Sequence record: MZ779063.1
Direction: 5' to 3' (one strand)
Length of the DNA: 64,000 nt
Part shown: piece by piece, positions 1 through 8,923 of the stretch
Layout of the letters: each line of letters opens with the position of its first letter
Position numbering within the stretch: the stretch's first letter is position 1
Position numbers and translations under genes: made by a program
Notes under the pieces: model-generated
The model's input: only the letters and a program-made list of their open reading frames with translations
What the model was told of the DNA's origin: nothing
Databases searched by the model: none

Positions 1-558
1 AAATTTGTATATCTTAAAACAGAAATAAAACCCAGTACTATTGTAGATTTAATAGATTCTTTATCAAGTGGTTTTAATTGGTTAATAAATGAATATATTT
101 CTAATGATATACTAAATATACATTATATAAAGAAAAATTTATTAGACATTTCCAATAGTGAATATAAAACTCTAGAAGAAACAAGATCTCAGTTAGATTT
201 AGAATTAGAATTCATAAGTAGTAATGAAAAACAAAGAAAGCAATCTAATATTTTAATAAAGGATATTCATAAAGAAATAAATTATATAAGGAATGAATAC
301 ACAAAAGTATTCACTCTTAAGAAAAGTAAAACCAGAAATAATAAACCAATAAAAATAAAAATTAGAAATTTATATGATGAAGATCCAATATCTATATTAA
401 AAATAATATTAGACTTAGGAGAAGAATATTGTATGAATAGTACTATATTTAACGCATTTACTTATTCATTAATGTTAACAAATAATTTAGATTTCATAGA
501 CGAAAAAGAATTTCAGGATATAGTTAAGAAAGAGAAAGTGAAAAATACTTTCATTTAA
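1..558 (+). CDS. Hypothetical protein, 5'-truncated by the window edge
   Basis: Frame 1 is open from base 1 to TAA at 556-558 (KFVYLKTEIKPS...VKNTFI*) and is followed by a terminator. It is absent from the ORF track because no start codon lies in the window. Confidence 0.75.
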   Translation, partial: KFVYLKTEIKPSTIVDLIDSLSSGFNWLINEYISNDILNIHYIKKNLLDISNSEYKTLEETRSQLDLELEFISSNEKQRKQSNILIKDIHKEINYIRNEYTKVFTLKKSKTRNNKPIKIKIRNLYDEDPISILKIILDLGEEYCMNSTIFNAFTYSLMLTNNLDFIDEKEFQDIVKKEKVKNTFI

Positions 559-564
559 AACATT

Positions 565-605
565 ATTCATATAGTTTGAGGAAATTTTCCTTAAGCTATA
601 TGAAT
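565..605 (+). terminator. Intrinsic terminator
   Basis: 18-bp stem ATTCATATAGTTTGAGGA / TCCTTAAGCTATATGAAT with two G-U pairs valid on the + strand, then a T-rich tract. Confidence 0.75.
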
Positions 606-754
606 TATTTTATTTTTTTTCTAAAAATATAAACTAATTTATATTAATAATTTTTATAATGTATCATTCACTTAGTCGCAAATATTTATTTATTTTAAGA
701 ACATAAATTTTATATCAAATAATATAGAATTTTTAAAAAGGAGAATTTAATTTT

Positions 755-1318
755 ATGGAAAAATATGATAAATTAACTGAAGAATTAGAAGCTTTATATG
801 AGCAATCTCAAGAAGAAGCTCTAGAAGAACAGTTCGAAAGCATTATCGAATCAACTGATGAAGATAAAGCAGAAGAAGTTGAAGATAAAGATTCTAAAGA
901 AGATTCAGACGAAGAAGAAACATCTGTTGAAGAACAATTTAACAGTATCTTAGAATCAGAAGATGAAGAATCTGATGAGGAAGAAGATGACGAAGATTCA
1001 GAAGAAGAACCGGTTGAAGAATCTGATGAGGAAGATTCAGAAGACGATTCAGAAGATGATGAAGATTCTTTAGAAGAAGAATTAAATCGTTTATTTGAAG
1101 AAAATGAAGACCCAGAAATGGATGTCGAAAAGCAAACTACAAAAGCTAATGACATGAACTCAAAAAAATCATCTGACTCTACTGAACATCCTGAAGAAGA
1201 TGTGAAAAAAATCACTTCAGAAGATGAAGACGAAGAAGAAGATGCTGAAGATGACGAAGAAGAATCTACTAATGAAGATGAATCATTAGAAGAATCATTA
1301 GATCGTATCTTTGGTTAA
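755..1318 (+). CDS. Highly acidic low-complexity protein, candidate prohead core/scaffold or internal protein
   Basis: SD AAGGAG upstream; D/E/S-rich with a repeated (S/A)(L/V)EE-x-(F/L)-x-x-(I/L)-x-E unit. The function is inferred. Confidence 0.7.
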   Translation: MEKYDKLTEELEALYEQSQEEALEEQFESIIESTDEDKAEEVEDKDSKEDSDEEETSVEEQFNSILESEDEESDEEEDDEDSEEEPVEESDEEDSEDDSEDDEDSLEEELNRLFEENEDPEMDVEKQTTKANDMNSKKSSDSTEHPEEDVKKITSEDEDEEEDAEDDEEESTNEDESLEESLDRIFG

Positions 1319-1339
1319 TTATTAATTAATCTTTAAAAT

Positions 1340-1373
1340 ATCCCCTAACCTTATTAATTTAAGGTTAGGGGAT
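1340..1373. terminator. Bidirectional terminator, CCCTAA stem family
   Basis: 14-bp perfect inverted repeat ATCCCCTAACCTTA / TAAGGTTAGGGGAT, loop TTAATT, between convergent genes. Confidence 0.85.
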
Positions 1374-1387
1374 TAATATTGTATTTT

Positions 1388-1846
1388 TTATCTGAAATAA
1401 TTAGTATTATCAGTCATTTTTCTTCCAAAAGCATCTAGTCCATCTAATGGATTAACTTTATCTCCAGTTGTTTTAAAATCATCTCCACCATAAGTGCCGC
1501 TAAAATTTGTATCTACGCCTTTAGATAATTCTTCACTCATTTTATTTAAGTGTCTTACTCTTTCAACTTTTCTCTGATAATAGTCTTCTGCTTCTTGTTG
1601 AGATTTTAATCTATTTTCATCAATAGTTTCGTTATCTTTTAATTTAGTTACTGGAGTAAAACCATCCATAACTACATAAAATTTATCAATTTGATCCTGA
1701 TAAATAAAAGGTATTTTAGTTTTTAAATGTAAAGTAGTTGGTTCATCTTCATACTGTAATGTCTCATATTCAAGTATATTACCTTCTTTATCGACAGTGA
1801 CAGATATATCCATCATAATTTCTTCTTTTTTCTTTTCTTCTGACAA
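1388..1846 (-). CDS. Hypothetical protein
   Basis: 152-aa ORF, TTG start, SD-like GAAAGAGATG, directly downstream of a tail fibre gene. Confidence 0.75.
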   Translation of the reverse strand: MSEEKKKEEIMMDISVTVDKEGNILEYETLQYEDEPTTLHLKTKIPFIYQDQIDKFYVVMDGFTPVTKLKDNETIDENRLKSQQEAEDYYQRKVERVRHLNKMSEELSKGVDTNFSGTYGGDDFKTTGDKVNPLDGLDAFGRKMTDNTNYFR

Positions 1847-1870
1847 GTCTTTTCATCTCTCTTTCATATT

Positions 1871-4867
1871 TTAGTTTCTTCCATAAATATAAGAGTTTAG
1901 GAACCAAGCATTTCCTTTTTGACCTGGTTTAACACGAGCTCGTATAGCTACTGAAGCTATAGATTGTTGTGGTATTCCTAAATCAACAATAATCTCTTTA
2001 AATTTAGTTTTAGTAACACTAGTAGAAGTGTCTTTAGGTATTGATACAGTTTTATCAAAAATTACACCATTCTGTTCGTTAAAAGAGTCTACTTTAATAT
2101 CTATACCACATTGTGGAGTAGCATACCATATACCAATGTGTAACCATCTAGTTTCATGTTGACCGTATAATGTCATAGCACGTCTAAAGTAGCTACCTGT
2201 AGTCTTATCACTAAACATAAATGCATTACCGACATTTTTAAATCTAGGAGTACCATTAGACATTAAATCTTGCACACCAGGTTCTGAACGTACATAAGCT
2301 GTAGTGAATCGTGGCATACCATTGTATACTAAATAACCACCATCAGGGCGTTTGATAGTGATACCGCCTTTAACTTCTCCCATAGCATCTAACATAGTTT
2401 GAACAACTATATTTTTAGACATTAAATTAGTAATAGCAGCTTCTTTAATAGTAGCTCTACCATTAGAAATTATTACATCACCATCATTAATATCAACCAT
2501 CTTAGATTTTAATTTAATACTATTAGGATCAATATCAAAAGAAGATAATTTATCATTAGATGAAGATGACATAGTAATACCATCAGCTAATAGAGATAAT
2601 GCAGAACCCATTTTTTCTATTTTAGTTTTATCAGCATTGTAAGTTTCTTTAGTAACACTTAGAGCGATATTATTTTCTGTTTGACTAATTCTACTTTCCA
2701 TATTAGTAATTCTAGCATTACTATCTTTAATAGACGGTTGCCAAGCAGTAGATTTATTACCTTCTTCAACTTTTAATCCTTCAATATCAACAGACATTGG
2801 GAAAGTTCCATTTTTATTAATAATCATATTAATTAATGTGTCAGTTGTAAATGAATCATTAGGAATAAATACTACTTCTATTAATGTTAAAGCAGAAGTA
2901 TCATCAAACGTAATATTACGTGAATCTTGACCTTTAGCAACACCATTAACAAAAGTATTAGTTATAGTTGAATTAGGTATACTAATATCAACATTAGTTA
3001 ATGTACCAGTTTTCTTTTCTAAGTTAAAGCTTAATATGTGTTCACGTCTATTTCTAACTTTATCTAATTTAAATTTAATACCTTGACCGTTAGCAGTTAA
3101 AGCTGTATTAAGTTCTCCGTATTCTAAATAATTAGTTTTAGTTAAAGTTACAGAACCAATTGGTGTAATATTAGCAATGCTAATTAAGTTCATACCGCCA
3201 ACTGTAATTTTACCGGCTTCTGTAACAGCATAACCATTAGAAATACTGTCAATAGATTTTTGAATAGCATCTTTAATATTCGATTGAGCTTCATTATATC
3301 TCAAGTAGTTAGTATTAAATTGAGCTATTTCTTCTTGAGTGGCTACACCGTCAATAATAGTATTAGTGATATCTTGTATTAGTATATTATATTTCTCATT
3401 AAATAAATCATATTTATTTTTTAAATCTGTTTTTACTGAATTAGCCATCATTTTATTAGGATAAAGTGTATTAAAGATTTTATCTATTTCAGCTTTATCT
3501 TTATCAATAACATTTTTCTGTTTATCAATAGCAATTCTTTCAGCATTAGATATAATACCATCTTTGAAAGCTTCAGTAACTGTATCACCTAAACCTACAG
3601 CATTCTTTTCGATATTAGTTATTTTACCATTAATAGTTTTATTATAGTTTTCTAACATATTATCATAATCTTCAGGTGCAGCTGTCCAGTCAGAAGACAC
3701 ACTACCTCGTTCAACTTTAACTCTAGCAATATCAAATGTACCACTTAATCCATTAAGGTCAGTATCTACTCCAAGAAGCAATTTAGTATTATTTCTTCCA
3801 GTTAGTGTTTGTTTATATACAAATGAATATCTATGCCATTCTTCATCAATATCTAAATACTTTTCAGCGATTGGTGTAGAATAATTACCAGAAGGATCAA
3901 TGAAGTAACAATAATCAAGTCTATTAAATGTATCTGATCTAAAATCAAATGAAATAGTATAAGTCTCATTATATTCTAGTTTAAAACCATTATAACTTTG
4001 AGCTCCTACTTGTCCTTCAATACCTTCAGTATTAATTGTAAAATAACTTTTACCGTTACTGTCTTGTCCAAAAGTTAAAGCATTTGGGTTTGATGAATTT
4101 AAAGCATCCGGTTTTAACAACCAATTACCTGAAACAGCTAAAGAATTTTCTAATAAGTTTTTACCACCAATAACAATACCGTCAATTTCAGATTTAGAAA
4201 CTGTTTGTTCTATTAAGTCTGCAAATTGAGATATCTGACTTTCAAATTCAGTTACTTTATTATTAACCGTATCTATATCAGCTCTAGTAACTGTATCTTG
4301 TAGAACTCTAGCTGTTTGTTCTCTAAATGATTCTAATTTAGTAATACTATCATTAATTTCATTAAGAGTGTAATCAGTAGCTATACTCTTAATGGACTCT
4401 GCAGTTTGTTCTACTTTAGTACTTAAATATTGTATAGATGATTCATATTTATTAACTTTAGACATTGCTATTGATAGGGACTCTTCATTAGATGAAACTC
4501 TTCCATTTAAAGAATCTAGATTACCTTTAATATCAGAATCCCATCCACCTTCAGCAACGCTATCAATATAGTCAATACTTAGTTTTTGGTATTTTCTTAA
4601 TTCAGTTTTTAATGTATCAAGTGTAACATAGTTAGATAAATCTAAATCAATATCGTGACTACCATCTAAATTTCTTAATTTTTCTATTAAATTATCATTT
4701 TCTTTATCTAAAGAATCAATACTTGTATTTAAGACATTAATTCTATTTTTATTATCTTCTGACAGATTTTTAATGCTATCTTGTTCTTGTAATAAAGAAT
4801 TGAATTTCGATTTAATAGAATTTATTTCTTCATTTATTTGAAGAAGATTTTTTTCTTTATCTTCCAT
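1871..4867 (-). CDS. Tail fibre / receptor-binding protein (998 aa)
   Basis: N-terminal coiled coil; GGKNLL / GGMNLI ... VERGSVSSDWTAAPED / VEEGNKSTAWQPS modules typical of Firmicute phage tail fibres; C-terminal beta domain with DLGIP. Confidence 0.75.
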   Translation of the reverse strand: MEDKEKNLLQINEEINSIKSKFNSLLQEQDSIKNLSEDNKNRINVLNTSIDSLDKENDNLIEKLRNLDGSHDIDLDLSNYVTLDTLKTELRKYQKLSIDYIDSVAEGGWDSDIKGNLDSLNGRVSSNEESLSIAMSKVNKYESSIQYLSTKVEQTAESIKSIATDYTLNEINDSITKLESFREQTARVLQDTVTRADIDTVNNKVTEFESQISQFADLIEQTVSKSEIDGIVIGGKNLLENSLAVSGNWLLKPDALNSSNPNALTFGQDSNGKSYFTINTEGIEGQVGAQSYNGFKLEYNETYTISFDFRSDTFNRLDYCYFIDPSGNYSTPIAEKYLDIDEEWHRYSFVYKQTLTGRNNTKLLLGVDTDLNGLSGTFDIARVKVERGSVSSDWTAAPEDYDNMLENYNKTINGKITNIEKNAVGLGDTVTEAFKDGIISNAERIAIDKQKNVIDKDKAEIDKIFNTLYPNKMMANSVKTDLKNKYDLFNEKYNILIQDITNTIIDGVATQEEIAQFNTNYLRYNEAQSNIKDAIQKSIDSISNGYAVTEAGKITVGGMNLISIANITPIGSVTLTKTNYLEYGELNTALTANGQGIKFKLDKVRNRREHILSFNLEKKTGTLTNVDISIPNSTITNTFVNGVAKGQDSRNITFDDTSALTLIEVVFIPNDSFTTDTLINMIINKNGTFPMSVDIEGLKVEEGNKSTAWQPSIKDSNARITNMESRISQTENNIALSVTKETYNADKTKIEKMGSALSLLADGITMSSSSNDKLSSFDIDPNSIKLKSKMVDINDGDVIISNGRATIKEAAITNLMSKNIVVQTMLDAMGEVKGGITIKRPDGGYLVYNGMPRFTTAYVRSEPGVQDLMSNGTPRFKNVGNAFMFSDKTTGSYFRRAMTLYGQHETRWLHIGIWYATPQCGIDIKVDSFNEQNGVIFDKTVSIPKDTSTSVTKTKFKEIIVDLGIPQQSIASVAIRARVKPGQKGNAWFLNSYIYGRN

Positions 4868-4905
4868 TATTAAATTTCACCAAACTTTCATTTTTATTTA
4901 AATAA

Positions 4906-4917
4906 TAAGTTGATGTT
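4906..4917 (-). promoter_or_regulatory. AR9-type late promoter motif AACA-N6-TA
   Basis: Minus strand reads AACA TCAACT TA, 39 nt upstream of the tail fibre ATG. Confidence 0.6.
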
Positions 4918-4929
4918 TTATGATTTTAA

Positions 4930-5436
4930 TTAAACGAATAATGAAAGATTGATTGCATTTGTATAAGGATCTGATAATTTATATACATAAATATTAGTAA
5001 TCATTAAATCTTTCATTTCAATTTCATTATTTTTCATCAATTCATCTAACTCTGTATCTTCTTTAATAGAATCAAAAATAGCTGGACCGATATACTTTAA
5101 TACTTCTTTGTCTAATTTGTCAGCTACATCTTCTTCATATTCTCTTAAGTAAGCTTCATACTCATCATTATTTCCCTGAAAACTTTGTTTATTTTTAGCA
5201 TGCAAATCTTCATCATCTAATTTAATAACAAATGTTGGTTTTTTAACATCAATATGTTTTTCTGCCGCTTCAGATCTAAATTTAAAGTTTTCAGATTTAT
5301 TAATAGTATCACGAATAATATCAACTGTATTCTCTAAATCGATATAGTTCATAATGTTATTTCTAATTCTCATTATTAACTGCAAATCTCTAATATCTTT
5401 TTCTTCATTAACTAATACATCTTTATTATTTCTCAT
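4930..5436 (-). CDS. Hypothetical protein
   Basis: 168-aa ORF starting 2 nt after the rusA stop. Confidence 0.75.
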   Translation of the reverse strand: MRNNKDVLVNEEKDIRDLQLIMRIRNNIMNYIDLENTVDIIRDTINKSENFKFRSEAAEKHIDVKKPTFVIKLDDEDLHAKNKQSFQGNNDEYEAYLREYEEDVADKLDKEVLKYIGPAIFDSIKEDTELDELMKNNEIEMKDLMITNIYVYKLSDPYTNAINLSLFV

Positions 5437-5438
5437 TT

Positions 5439-6089
5439 TTATTTATTCTCCATTCTTTTCTCTTTTATTTTTTCTATTAATGTTTTATACTTGTCTAATA
5501 ATACTTTATCCATTCTACCTTTAGATTCTTCTAGATCATCTTTTACATATTTAATATGTATGAATGTTTTATCTTTAAAATCACTAGAATACTTCTTAAG
5601 AGAAGTTACTTTAAATATCTGAGCATCATCTTTCCAAAACATTTCATTCATAACATCAAATGTAGTTTTTTGGAAATTATCAACATCAGGAGTATTTGTT
5701 CTCTTAATTAAACCTAAAAGTTTAAATAATATAAGTTTTATTGAATCAGTATTATTACAAGGATTTCTTTCTGTAATTAATTCAAATTCAATAGGTTTTT
5801 CAAAATTATTTTTAATGATATCTTTTATAAAATCTTCTTTTAATTCTTCTTTCATTCTTTTCTTTAGTTCTTTTTTATATGTGTGTAAAGGATCATAAGT
5901 TCTCATTCCGCTTTTTCTATGTCTAAGATATTGATAAACTTCATGATCATCTATAGAAATAATAATTTCATTATCATTTACACTTTTATATTCAATATTA
6001 CAATTTTTAACTTCTTCAATTTTATCTAATATCTTTTTAGGTACTTCTTTTTTCTTTTTAGGCATTTTTTCATTCAATTCCTTTAGCAA
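5439..6089 (-). CDS. rusA: RusA-like Holliday junction resolvase
   Basis: PDVDNFQKTTFDVM...WKDDAQI matches the RusA catalytic pattern PDxDNxxK...D...DD. Confidence 0.8.
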   Translation of the reverse strand: MLKELNEKMPKKKKEVPKKILDKIEEVKNCNIEYKSVNDNEIIISIDDHEVYQYLRHRKSGMRTYDPLHTYKKELKKRMKEELKEDFIKDIIKNNFEKPIEFELITERNPCNNTDSIKLILFKLLGLIKRTNTPDVDNFQKTTFDVMNEMFWKDDAQIFKVTSLKKYSSDFKDKTFIHIKYVKDDLEESKGRMDKVLLDKYKTLIEKIKEKRMENK

Positions 6090-6144
6090 AGTGTATATTT
6101 ATAATAATAACGTTATATGTATATTAAAATTTTTTATAAAATAA

Positions 6145-6176
6145 ACGGTAACATTCAATTTAATGAATGTTACCGT
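6145..6176 (-). terminator. Intrinsic terminator after holin
   Basis: 13-bp perfect stem ACGGTAACATTCA / TGAATGTTACCGT with a T tract on the minus strand. Confidence 0.8.
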
Positions 6177-6184
6177 AGAATATA

Positions 6185-6724
6185 TTAATTTGATTGATCT
6201 TCAGCAGATCCTCCACCTAAGATTTCAGGATTGTAATTAGCATCAGCTCTAACATCTGATTCTATTAATTCTTCATCATCTTCAGTAGAAACTTGTTGTT
6301 CTAAACCTTCACTCTCAGGGATTTCTGGATCCTTTGACAAGTTTGTAGTTTCTTGGTTGCTCTCTTGCTCCAAAAAAGGTTTCACTGGAGGAAGAACCGT
6401 ACCGTCATAGTCCATTGCTTGAAGAGATTTTTCATTATTTGTAGTAGGTCTACTTTTAGCTAAGTTACGTTCAGAGTCAGCTATTCCTTCAGTAGTACTA
6501 TCTACAAAACGACCAACTAAACTAGATATAACCCCTGCTAAAACTTGAACAATACTTAAAACATTAGTTTCAGTGTCACCAGAAACTTCTCCGCCAAAAG
6601 CACGAATTAAGAAAATAACTACGTTGACTAATTGAACTAATAGGGCTGCTGTCCATGCTTTATTTTTAAATCTAACTAATACGTTAATCTGTTTATCTTT
6701 ACCAATTTTTAAATTTTTTCCCAA
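6185..6724 (-). CDS. Holin, phi LC3-like family, with acidic C-terminal tail
   Basis: INVLVRFKNKAW, two hydrophobic helices, then VDSTTEGIADSERNL, resembling the LC3/LL-H holin signature (INWKVRxKNK ... DPTTxGxxDS). Confidence 0.75.
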   Translation of the reverse strand: MGKNLKIGKDKQINVLVRFKNKAWTAALLVQLVNVVIFLIRAFGGEVSGDTETNVLSIVQVLAGVISSLVGRFVDSTTEGIADSERNLAKSRPTTNNEKSLQAMDYDGTVLPPVKPFLEQESNQETTNLSKDPEIPESEGLEQQVSTEDDEELIESDVRADANYNPEILGGGSAEDQSN

Positions 6725-6764
6725 TTTAATATTTCTCCTTTTTTATTAAAATAAATATTTAAAA

Positions 6765-7322
6765 CTATCCTCCAAATATTCTTCTAAGTATATCTAAGAT
6801 TACTGAAGGAGCTAATATCAAAGACACTATATTGACAAATAAATTTCTTTTAAAAGTTTTATTTTCTTTTTCATCATTAGAACCGTCTTCAATCTTCTTA
6901 AACTCAATTTCAAAGTCTTCTATATTAAGTTTACTATCTAAACCCAATCTTAAATCTTGTATATCACTAGTTATTTTTCTTTCAACTTGTTCAACATTTT
7001 GATTTAATTCTTGTTTAACAGATTGTATTTGTGATTCTAATTCATAATGTCTTCTTTTTCTTTCTTCTTCTTCAATTTTTCTATTTTCTCTATCTTCTTT
7101 CATTTCTTTTCTAATTTCTTCAGTATTTTTACCCATGCTTTCAAGTAATACTTCTACACGTACTAAAGTGTTACTTGTTTTTTGACTCTCGGATTTAACT
7201 TCATCTATTTTCTTATCAAACTTCTCTTCAATTTCTTCTTTAAGTGAATTATTTGACTTTAGTAATTCTAATTCAGTTATAGATTTACTATTTTCATACA
7301 ATCTTCTTTTATCTTCTTCCAT
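6765..7322 (-). CDS. Coiled-coil protein with C-terminal membrane anchor (XhlA/holin-accessory-like)
   Basis: Long K/E heptad region and a single hydrophobic C-terminal helix (LFVNIVSLILAPSVIL); lies beside the holin. Confidence 0.6.
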   Translation of the reverse strand: MEEDKRRLYENSKSITELELLKSNNSLKEEIEEKFDKKIDEVKSESQKTSNTLVRVEVLLESMGKNTEEIRKEMKEDRENRKIEEEERKRRHYELESQIQSVKQELNQNVEQVERKITSDIQDLRLGLDSKLNIEDFEIEFKKIEDGSNDEKENKTFKRNLFVNIVSLILAPSVILDILRRIFGG

Positions 7323-7803
7323 TTATAATAGATTCCATTCTCATTTCAAGAATTGTAAATACTGCAAAGAAGAGATTTAGGAAAGAGATGATGATTTTTA
7401 ATATTATAGTAGATTGCATACCAGCACTATCTAAAGATAGAATAGCGTATATTAAAAATAGAGCGAAGTTAATAAATGCACCTATAGTCATTAAAGGTTT
7501 TGTCATGAAATTATCCAAGAATAGGGAAGCGGCTAAAGCCAATCCTCCAATAATTAAAAATACTCCATATGTTTTTAAATCCATAAAATGAGAAATAGCC
7601 ACATAAATATCTGATGTTCTATAAGCTTCTCTTGTTCTAAAAACAAATTGAAAACCATAAATTAAAGAATAAACAGCTAAGAAAATAGGAGTTATATAAT
7701 ATTTAAATTGCTTAAGAAAATAATATAATTTGATGACTAAACTATTTGCTTCTTCAACACTTAGATTATCTTCTCTATCATTATTTTTATTATCGTCCGT
7801 CAT
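7309..7803 (-). CDS. Four-helix integral membrane protein
   Basis: Four hydrophobic segments; its stop overlaps the next gene by 14 nt; SD AGGATGTGA. Confidence 0.75.
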   Translation of the reverse strand: MTDDNKNNDREDNLSVEEANSLVIKLYYFLKQFKYYITPIFLAVYSLIYGFQFVFRTREAYRTSDIYVAISHFMDLKTYGVFLIIGGLALAASLFLDNFMTKPLMTIGAFINFALFLIYAILSLDSAGMQSTIILKIIISFLNLFFAVFTILEMRMESIINGRR

Positions 7804-7846
7804 AGTTATTTTTCACATCCTATTCTTTTATTATAAATCTTTATTA

Positions 7847-7858
7847 TAAACCTTTGTT
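7847..7858 (-). promoter_or_regulatory. AR9-type late promoter motif
   Basis: AACA AAGGTT TA upstream of the membrane-protein/holin cluster. Confidence 0.6.
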
Positions 7859-7903
7859 CCTTTAATAGTCTTGATGAGTCCTATAAATTTTCGAGCAAAA
7901 TAA

Positions 7904-7937
7904 AGTCCCTAACACTCAAATAAGAATGTTAGGGACT
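7904..7937 (-). terminator. Intrinsic terminator, CCCTAA stem family
   Basis: AGTCCCTAACA / TGTTAGGGACT stem extended by a G-U pair valid on the minus strand; loop TTATTT; followed by TTATTTT. Confidence 0.8.
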
Positions 7938-8031
7938 GTTTGAAGACTTTGCCAAAATTAAAAGAAAAAAGAATAAAGATAGACAAGAACAAAGAAATTG
8001 TATGAAAGATATTTATGTAAATAACTTTCAT
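7909..8031 (-). CDS. Putative leaderless 40-aa hydrophobic peptide (or sRNA)
   Basis: The ATG coincides with the predicted +1 of the 8031-8042 promoter motif; translates as MKVIYINIFHTISLFLSIFILFSFNFGKVFKQSLTFLFEC*; no SD. Confidence 0.3.
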   Translation of the reverse strand: MKVIYINIFHTISLFLSIFILFSFNFGKVFKQSLTFLFEC

Positions 8032-8042
8032 ATAAATATGTT
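8031..8042 (-). promoter_or_regulatory. AR9-type late promoter motif
   Basis: AACA TATTTA TA on the minus strand, ~95 nt upstream of a terminator. Confidence 0.5.
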
Positions 8043-8076
8043 CTATTTTTCTTTATTCAATTGATGCTGATAAGAA

Positions 8077-8493
8077 TTACTGGTTAGGTAAAGATCCACC
8101 TTGAGCTGTTGAAGGGTTTTCAGGATCTTCTTCTTGAGGTTCTACTTCTGTAGCTCGACCAACACCTTGAACTTCAGAATCTTCAACTGAATCCTCAACC
8201 ATATGTTCTTCATCAATAGGATCGATTTCTTCAACTAATTCTTCACTACTATTGTGGGTTCCGCTTGTATACCATGTTTGAGATCCTCTAAAATCATTAG
8301 CTGGATCATATGATGGATCCGTCACCCAATCACCATTATTAGAATTTTCTTCATTGAAAGCAATTTCATTTAAAATTTCTTCAACTAATGCTTTTAACCC
8401 ATTGCCTTCAGAAACTTCTTCTAATTCCAATACTCCTTTAGCAACTAAGGTTGCATGAAAAGTTACAATAAAAGATTTTTTACTAAATTCCAT
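8077..8493 (-). CDS. Hypothetical protein, tail-fibre associated
   Basis: 138-aa ORF with SD AGAGGAA and an acidic C-terminus. Confidence 0.75.
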   Translation of the reverse strand: MEFSKKSFIVTFHATLVAKGVLELEEVSEGNGLKALVEEILNEIAFNEENSNNGDWVTDPSYDPANDFRGSQTWYTSGTHNSSEELVEEIDPIDEEHMVEDSVEDSEVQGVGRATEVEPQEEDPENPSTAQGGSLPNQ

Positions 8494-8508
8494 AATATAA
8501 AATTCCTC

Positions 8509-8862
8509 CTATTTTCTATTAGCCATTAAAGCAGCTAATCTCTCTTGAAGCTCACGAATTTCTTTTTCTTCAGGAGTTTCTTCTGGTTCTTCTTTCTTAT
8601 TAAAAGTTTCACCTGGTTTTTCAGCTAATCTAGGAGTAGCATTTTCATATTCTATTTTTAATTTTTCCATCTGTTCACGAATATTATGGTCTACAATAAA
8701 TATTACAGATTCTTTAGTTGAATCATTCATATTTCCTATAGAATAACCATAGAAATATCCTTCTTCATCTATATCTTGCATATTTATGATTAGCCAGAAT
8801 CGACCATCAATTCTTTTTCCTCTTTCATCATACATATTTTTATGTGTTTCTACAAATGCCAA
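8509..8862 (-). CDS. Small tail-fibre-associated protein (chaperone-like)
   Basis: The track start at 8877 (GTG) overlaps a GGAGG SD; TTG at 8862 lies 8 nt after the SD, so I take it as the start. C-terminal coiled coil. Confidence 0.7.
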   Translation of the reverse strand: MAFVETHKNMYDERGKRIDGRFWLIINMQDIDEEGYFYGYSIGNMNDSTKESVIFIVDHNIREQMEKLKIEYENATPRLAEKPGETFNKKEEPEETPEEKEIRELQERLAALMANRK

Positions 8863-8923
8863 TAAGAAAACCTCCACTATATTATTTTAATTTATAAATA
8901 ATAGTTTAAAATAATATAGTTAG

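Noticed and set aside
808-1215. Antisense Ser-rich ORF
   Set aside because: Shadow of GAA/GAT/TCA codons in the acidic protein; no SD.
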